The notes under the pieces: generated by a model
The model's input: the letters and a program-made list of their open reading frames with translations, nothing else
Told to the model about the DNA's origin: nothing
The model's database searches: none
Source of the DNA: Antechinus flavipes
Taxonomy: Eukaryota
Length of the DNA: 64,000 bases
Assembly: GCF_016432865.1 (NCBI RefSeq)
Contig: NC_067404.1
Location: 8,184,001-8,248,000 of the forward strand
Direction of reading: 5' to 3'
In this document: in pieces, positions 59,200 to 64,000 of the stretch
Position numbering within the stretch: the first letter of the stretch is position 1
How the letters are laid out: every line of letters begins with the position of its first letter
Made by a program: the position numbers and the translations under genes

Positions 59200-61850
59200 C
59201 GTTACACATGTACAGCCCCTACCATAAATACACAAATACATATAGACTCCACACACAAAGACACACAGTAGGCACACAAATACATGCCCCACAGAAAACA
59301 CAACACACAGTAGATCCACAAATACACACCACACAGAAATATACACATGTATATGAAGCACAGCAACACAAAGACACACAGTAGACACACAAATACACAC
59401 CACACAGAAAACACACATATACAATCCGTATCAACACAAAAACACACAATAGATACACAAATACACACTACACAGCAAACACACATATATACAATGCACA
59501 TCAACATAAAGACACACAGAAATACACACATGTATACAATGTACATCAACACAAAGACACACAGTAGACACAAATACACACTACACAGAAAACACACATA
59601 TATACAATGCACAGCAACACAAAAACACACAGTAGATACACAAATACACGCCACACAGAAAACACACATATATACAATGCACAGCAACACAAAAACACAC
59701 AGTAGATACACAAATACACGCCACACAGAAAACACACATATATACAATGCACAGCAACACAAAAACACACAGTAGATACACATGTATACAATGCACATCA
59801 ACATAAAGACACACAGTAGATACACAAATACACACCATACAGAAAACACACCCATATACAATGCACAGCAACACAAAGACACACAGTAGACACATAAATA
59901 CACCCCACACAGAAAACACACCCATATACAATGCAAATCAACACAAAGACACACAGTAGATACACAAACACACACCACACAGAAAACACACATGTATACA
60001 ATGCACAGCAACACAAAGACACACAGTAGACACACAAATACACACCACACAGAAATATACACGTATATACAATGCACAGCAACACAAAGACATGCAGTAG
60101 ACACACAAATACACACCACACTGAAATATACACATGTATATAATGCACATCAACACAAAGACATGCAGTAGACACACAAATACACACCACACAGAAAACA
60201 CACCCATATACAATGCAAATCAACACAAAGACACACAGTAGACACAAATACACACTACACAGAAAACACACATATATACAATGCACAGCAACACAAAAAC
60301 ACACAGTAGATACACAAATACACGCCACACAGAAAACACATATATATACAATGCACAGCAACACAAAGACACACAGTAGATACACAAATACACACCATAC
60401 AGAAAACACACATGTATACAATGCACAGCAACACAAAGACACACAGTAGACACATAAATACACACCACACAGAAAACACACCCATATACAATGCAAATAA
60501 ACACAAAGACACACAGTAGATACACAAACACACACCACACAGAAAACACACATGTATACAATGCACAGCAACACAAAGACACACAGTAGACACACAAATA
60601 CACACCACACTGAAATATACACATGTATATAATGCACATCAACACAAAGACATGCAGTAGACACACAAATACACACCACACAGAAAACACACATGTATAC
60701 AATGCACAGCAACACAAAGACACACAGTAGACACACAAATACACACCACACTGAAATATACACATATATACAATGCACAGCAACACAAAGACATGCAGTA
60801 GACACACAAATACACACCACACTGAAATATACACATGTATATAATGCACATCAACACAAAGACACGCAGTAGACACACAAATACAAACCACACAGAAAAC
60901 ACACCCATATACAATGCAAATCAACACAAAGACACACAGTAGATACACAAACACACACTACACAGAAAACACACATATATACAATGCACAGCAACACAAA
61001 GACACACAGTAGACACACAAATACACACACACAGAAATATACACGTATATACAATGCACAGCAACACAAAGACATGCAGTAGACACACAAATACACACCA
61101 CACAGAAATATACACGTATATACAATGCACAGCAACACAAAGACATGCAGTAGACACACAAATACACACCACACTGAAATATACACATGTATATAATGCA
61201 CATCAACACAAAGACACGCAGTAGACACACAAATACAAACCACACAGAAAACACACCCATATACAATGCAAATCAACACAAAGACACACAGTAGATACAC
61301 AAAAACACACCACTACAGAAAACACACATATATACAATGCACAGCAACACAAAGACACACAGTAGACACACAAATACACACCACACAGAAATATACACGT
61401 ATATACAATGCACAGCAACACAAAGACACGCAGTAGACACACAAATACACACCACACAGAAATATACACGTATATACAATGCACAGCAACACAAAGACAT
61501 GCAGTAGACACACAAATACACACCACACAGAAATATACACGTATATACAATGCACAGCAACACAAAGACATGCAGTAGACACACAAATACACACCACACA
61601 GAAAACACACACATATACAATCCGTATCAACACAAAAACACACAATAGATACACAAACACACACTACACAGAAAACACACATATATACAATGCACAGCAA
61701 CACAAAGACACACAGTAGACACACAAATACACACCACAGAAAACACACCCATATACAATGCACAGCAACGCAAAGACACACAGTAGACACACATGTATAC
61801 AATGCACATCAACATAAAGACACACAGTAGATATCCAAACACATACATAT
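59200..61850. repeat. ~70-bp CA-rich tandem array (~38 units)
   Basis: ACACAGTAGACACACAAATACACACCACACAGAAAACACACATATATACAATGCACAGCAACACAAAGAC at ~70-72-nt spacing. Confidence 0.95.
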
Positions 61851-62699
61851 CCCACACAGGAGACACACAAATCTACACCACTCCCAAATACTCACATACC
61901 ACACATTATAGACACACAAATACCCATACTACACACATGCTAGACATGTAAATATACACACCACACGCAAATACACGGTTTACATCGTAAACACACACGA
62001 GTACATCCCAATACTGCTGCCACACAAATGTCCACGCACCAGACATACAAATCCACAGCCCACACAAATAGATTCGCTGGCTCCACAAAAGCAGCCCCAC
62101 ACAGCGGTAGGCAATGGCGATGGCAGCTATGACCCTGCAAGGTGGCCCCGAAGATCCCCGGGTCACCCGGAGACTCGCACAGCCAGAGGGGAGAAGCAAA
62201 GACTCTCCTTCTGCCCAGAAGCCTTCAGGGGCCGTGTAATGGGGGGCGGTCAATGACTGCAATCCACCCTCAGGGCCCCTCTTCTTCCCTTGACTTCCTC
62301 TTGGGTCCCTCCCCCCCCCCCCACCATGGCCAGACTCCTCCCTGCAGAAGTCTCCTCCGTGGGCATCCGAGAGCTGCAGAAGGCCCGGATCGCCCTCCCA
62401 CCCCCTGTCCTCCCACCTATCAGTGGGAACATGATTCTTTCGCTTTGAGCTTATGTTGCTTTGCCCTCTGCCTTCTATAACGAAAACAGCTTTCTTCAAT
62501 TCAAGAAGAAAAATAAAGCTCTTTCCCTGGTGAAATTGCCTGTGGCCTTTAGGATTTTGTCTCCCTTCCCCACAGCCTGCCCGGGGTCCTCCGCCTATCC
62601 CTTCCACGGGGCTCCAGAGCTCTGCCCACCTAACTCCCTGTCATCTGCCGTGCCCCGGCTGCGCCTCCCTTCCCCTGGCTTTGGGGCTGTGCCCATGAT

Positions 62700-62980
62700 C
62701 CTGTAAGAGGCGCCCCACCGCGCTGAGGGGAATGGACACTCAGGGTATGGAATTGGAGATGGGGACGATCCGAGGGCCTATGTGAGGTGTGAAGCCCTGG
62801 TGTAGACACACTGCCCCGACTTCCTCCTTCACAGAGATAGCCGCCGAGATCTTGGGGATGCGAAACTGGGGCTGATTTGGGGTGGGAAGCCCAGGCTCCC
62901 TGGGCTCCATTTATTGCCCCCACCTTCCAATTTCACAAAGACGGTGTCCCTGGGACACTGGGAACTGGGAGGGGGACAGC
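62700..62980. repeat. Degenerate ~113-bp satellite, inverted
   Basis: CTTCCTCCTTCACAGA and GCTGATTTGGGGTGGGAAGCCC motifs. Confidence 0.65.
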
Positions 62981-63267
62981 ACACAACAAAGGTGTTTCCA
63001 GGTCCGGCTCCCCCCCAAGGCGGGCCCGCTTTCTCCCTTGTGCCCGCGCCCTTTCCTGTGTGAGTGTTTTGTGTACGATCTGGGGGTCCTGCCACGGGGG
63101 GTGGCGGGGAATTGTCTGGGCTGGGCTGCCCCCCCCCACGAGAGATCCAGAGACCTGGGTCCTGCTCTAGCTGGGGGAGATGGGCCAAGAGGGTGTGTCC
63201 GGGTCTGGGGGGGAGGGGCCAAGCCTGCCCCGCCCATCCCCCTTGACACAAGCAGGAGATTCAGGCC

Positions 63268-63900
63268 ATTGGGCCCCGCCCCGCCCTGTGACCTGGTGGG
63301 TCACAATGGATGATGTCACCGCCAGACTCCATTGGCCACAGTCCTGGGGGTGAGGCGTCTGGGGCTGCCCAGAGCTGCCCGTGCCCAGCCTGGTGTCATC
63401 TGGGCCAGCCTCGGCTCCCGCCCGGAGCTAGGGAGCAGGCCGCGGGCAGCAGCGCCAGTGTCTGTGCCACCTGAGAGAGTGAGTGCCCCTCGCTCCCGGC
63501 TCCGGGGCCTGGCTTCCTGGGGCTTGGGGACCCAAGGGGGGGGCTGAGACATGGGGCAATGGACGGGCAGGAGGGCTCTGGGGTCCTGGGAAACTCTTCA
63601 GGGAGCGGGTCCTGTGCCCCTTCCCCAGGCTCATGGAGGCCCGGGCTGTACGGGCTGGGGGGGGGGGTCACCCGGGTGGGGATGCGGGGAAGGCCCCCGG
63701 GACCCCTGAGAGCCGAGGGGCAGAGCTGGGCCCGAGCGTCCCCCGGGTGCCCTGGGGGGCCCCTGCTCTTTGTCCCCCAGGAGCCTCCAGTGCGGATAGT
63801 GCCCCAAGATCCCCCATGGCAGCTGCAGAGGAGCCTTAGCCCAGATCTCCAACCTGACAGACTGCCGTTCTCCTCCCCAGGTACCAGCAGGGGGCGCCAT
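63268..63900 (+). pseudogene. Family copy D5: promoter, exon 1 and intron (63479-63880) only
   Basis: ATTGG, GC box, TGATGTCA (63311), ATTGG, donor GTGAGT at 63479 and acceptor CTCCTCCCCAG at 63880; then switches to satellite-like sequence without the MAISS start. Confidence 0.6.
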
Positions 63901-64000
63901 TGGGGATGTGGCGGGACAGGGGCTCATTTGGGGAGGGAAGCCCAGGCCCCCTGGTCTGGAGACTCTGCCCCCCCTTCCACTTTCCCAGGGACAGGGTGTA

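Larger units (their letters stand above)
57511..62517 (+). pseudogene. Family copy D4: non-coding, ~4.5 kb CA-rich expanded body (candidate lncRNA)
   Basis: Acceptor at 57510; GCCATGG at 57573 but stop after 22 codons; CA-rich arrays; frameshifted family C-terminus (KDSPSAQKPSGAV*) at ~62110-62240; AATAAA 62512-62517. Confidence 0.65.

Noticed and set aside
59146-61870. Many long Cys/Val-rich ORFs (up to 340 aa) on the minus strand
   Set aside because: They are translations of a TG-rich ~70-bp array that lacks stop codons by composition. They are open in several frames, and the unit is not a multiple of 3.

Overview
Mammalian DNA, almost certainly marsupial. The SINEs look WSINE1-type and the L1 3' ends look marsupial, so a dasyurid-like species is likely; this is recognition from memory, not a database result. 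(1) 1-3.3 kb: the 3' end of a divergent WIZ-like C2H2 zinc-finger gene with one GT-AG intron. (2) 3.5-13.7 kb: a ~26-bp CCATGGAGATC satellite that flips orientation at ~8 kb and carries two L1 fragments and a solo LTR. (3) 13.7-64 kb: an amplicon of a Pro/Gly/Arg-rich gene family that I cannot name, with about 11 copies or fragments in four subtypes (here A, B, C, D). Left-side copies are on the minus strand and right-side copies are on the plus strand, forming a shuffled palindrome. Nearly every copy with a 3' end is followed by a ~113-bp satellite array. A, B and C copies appear to have two exons and some have intact ORFs. D copies keep the promoter, splice sites, start context, C-terminus and 3' UTR, but their coding body is replaced by CA-rich repeat, expanded to ~4.5 kb in one copy. 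Chromosome location, expression and function cannot be determined from sequence alone.
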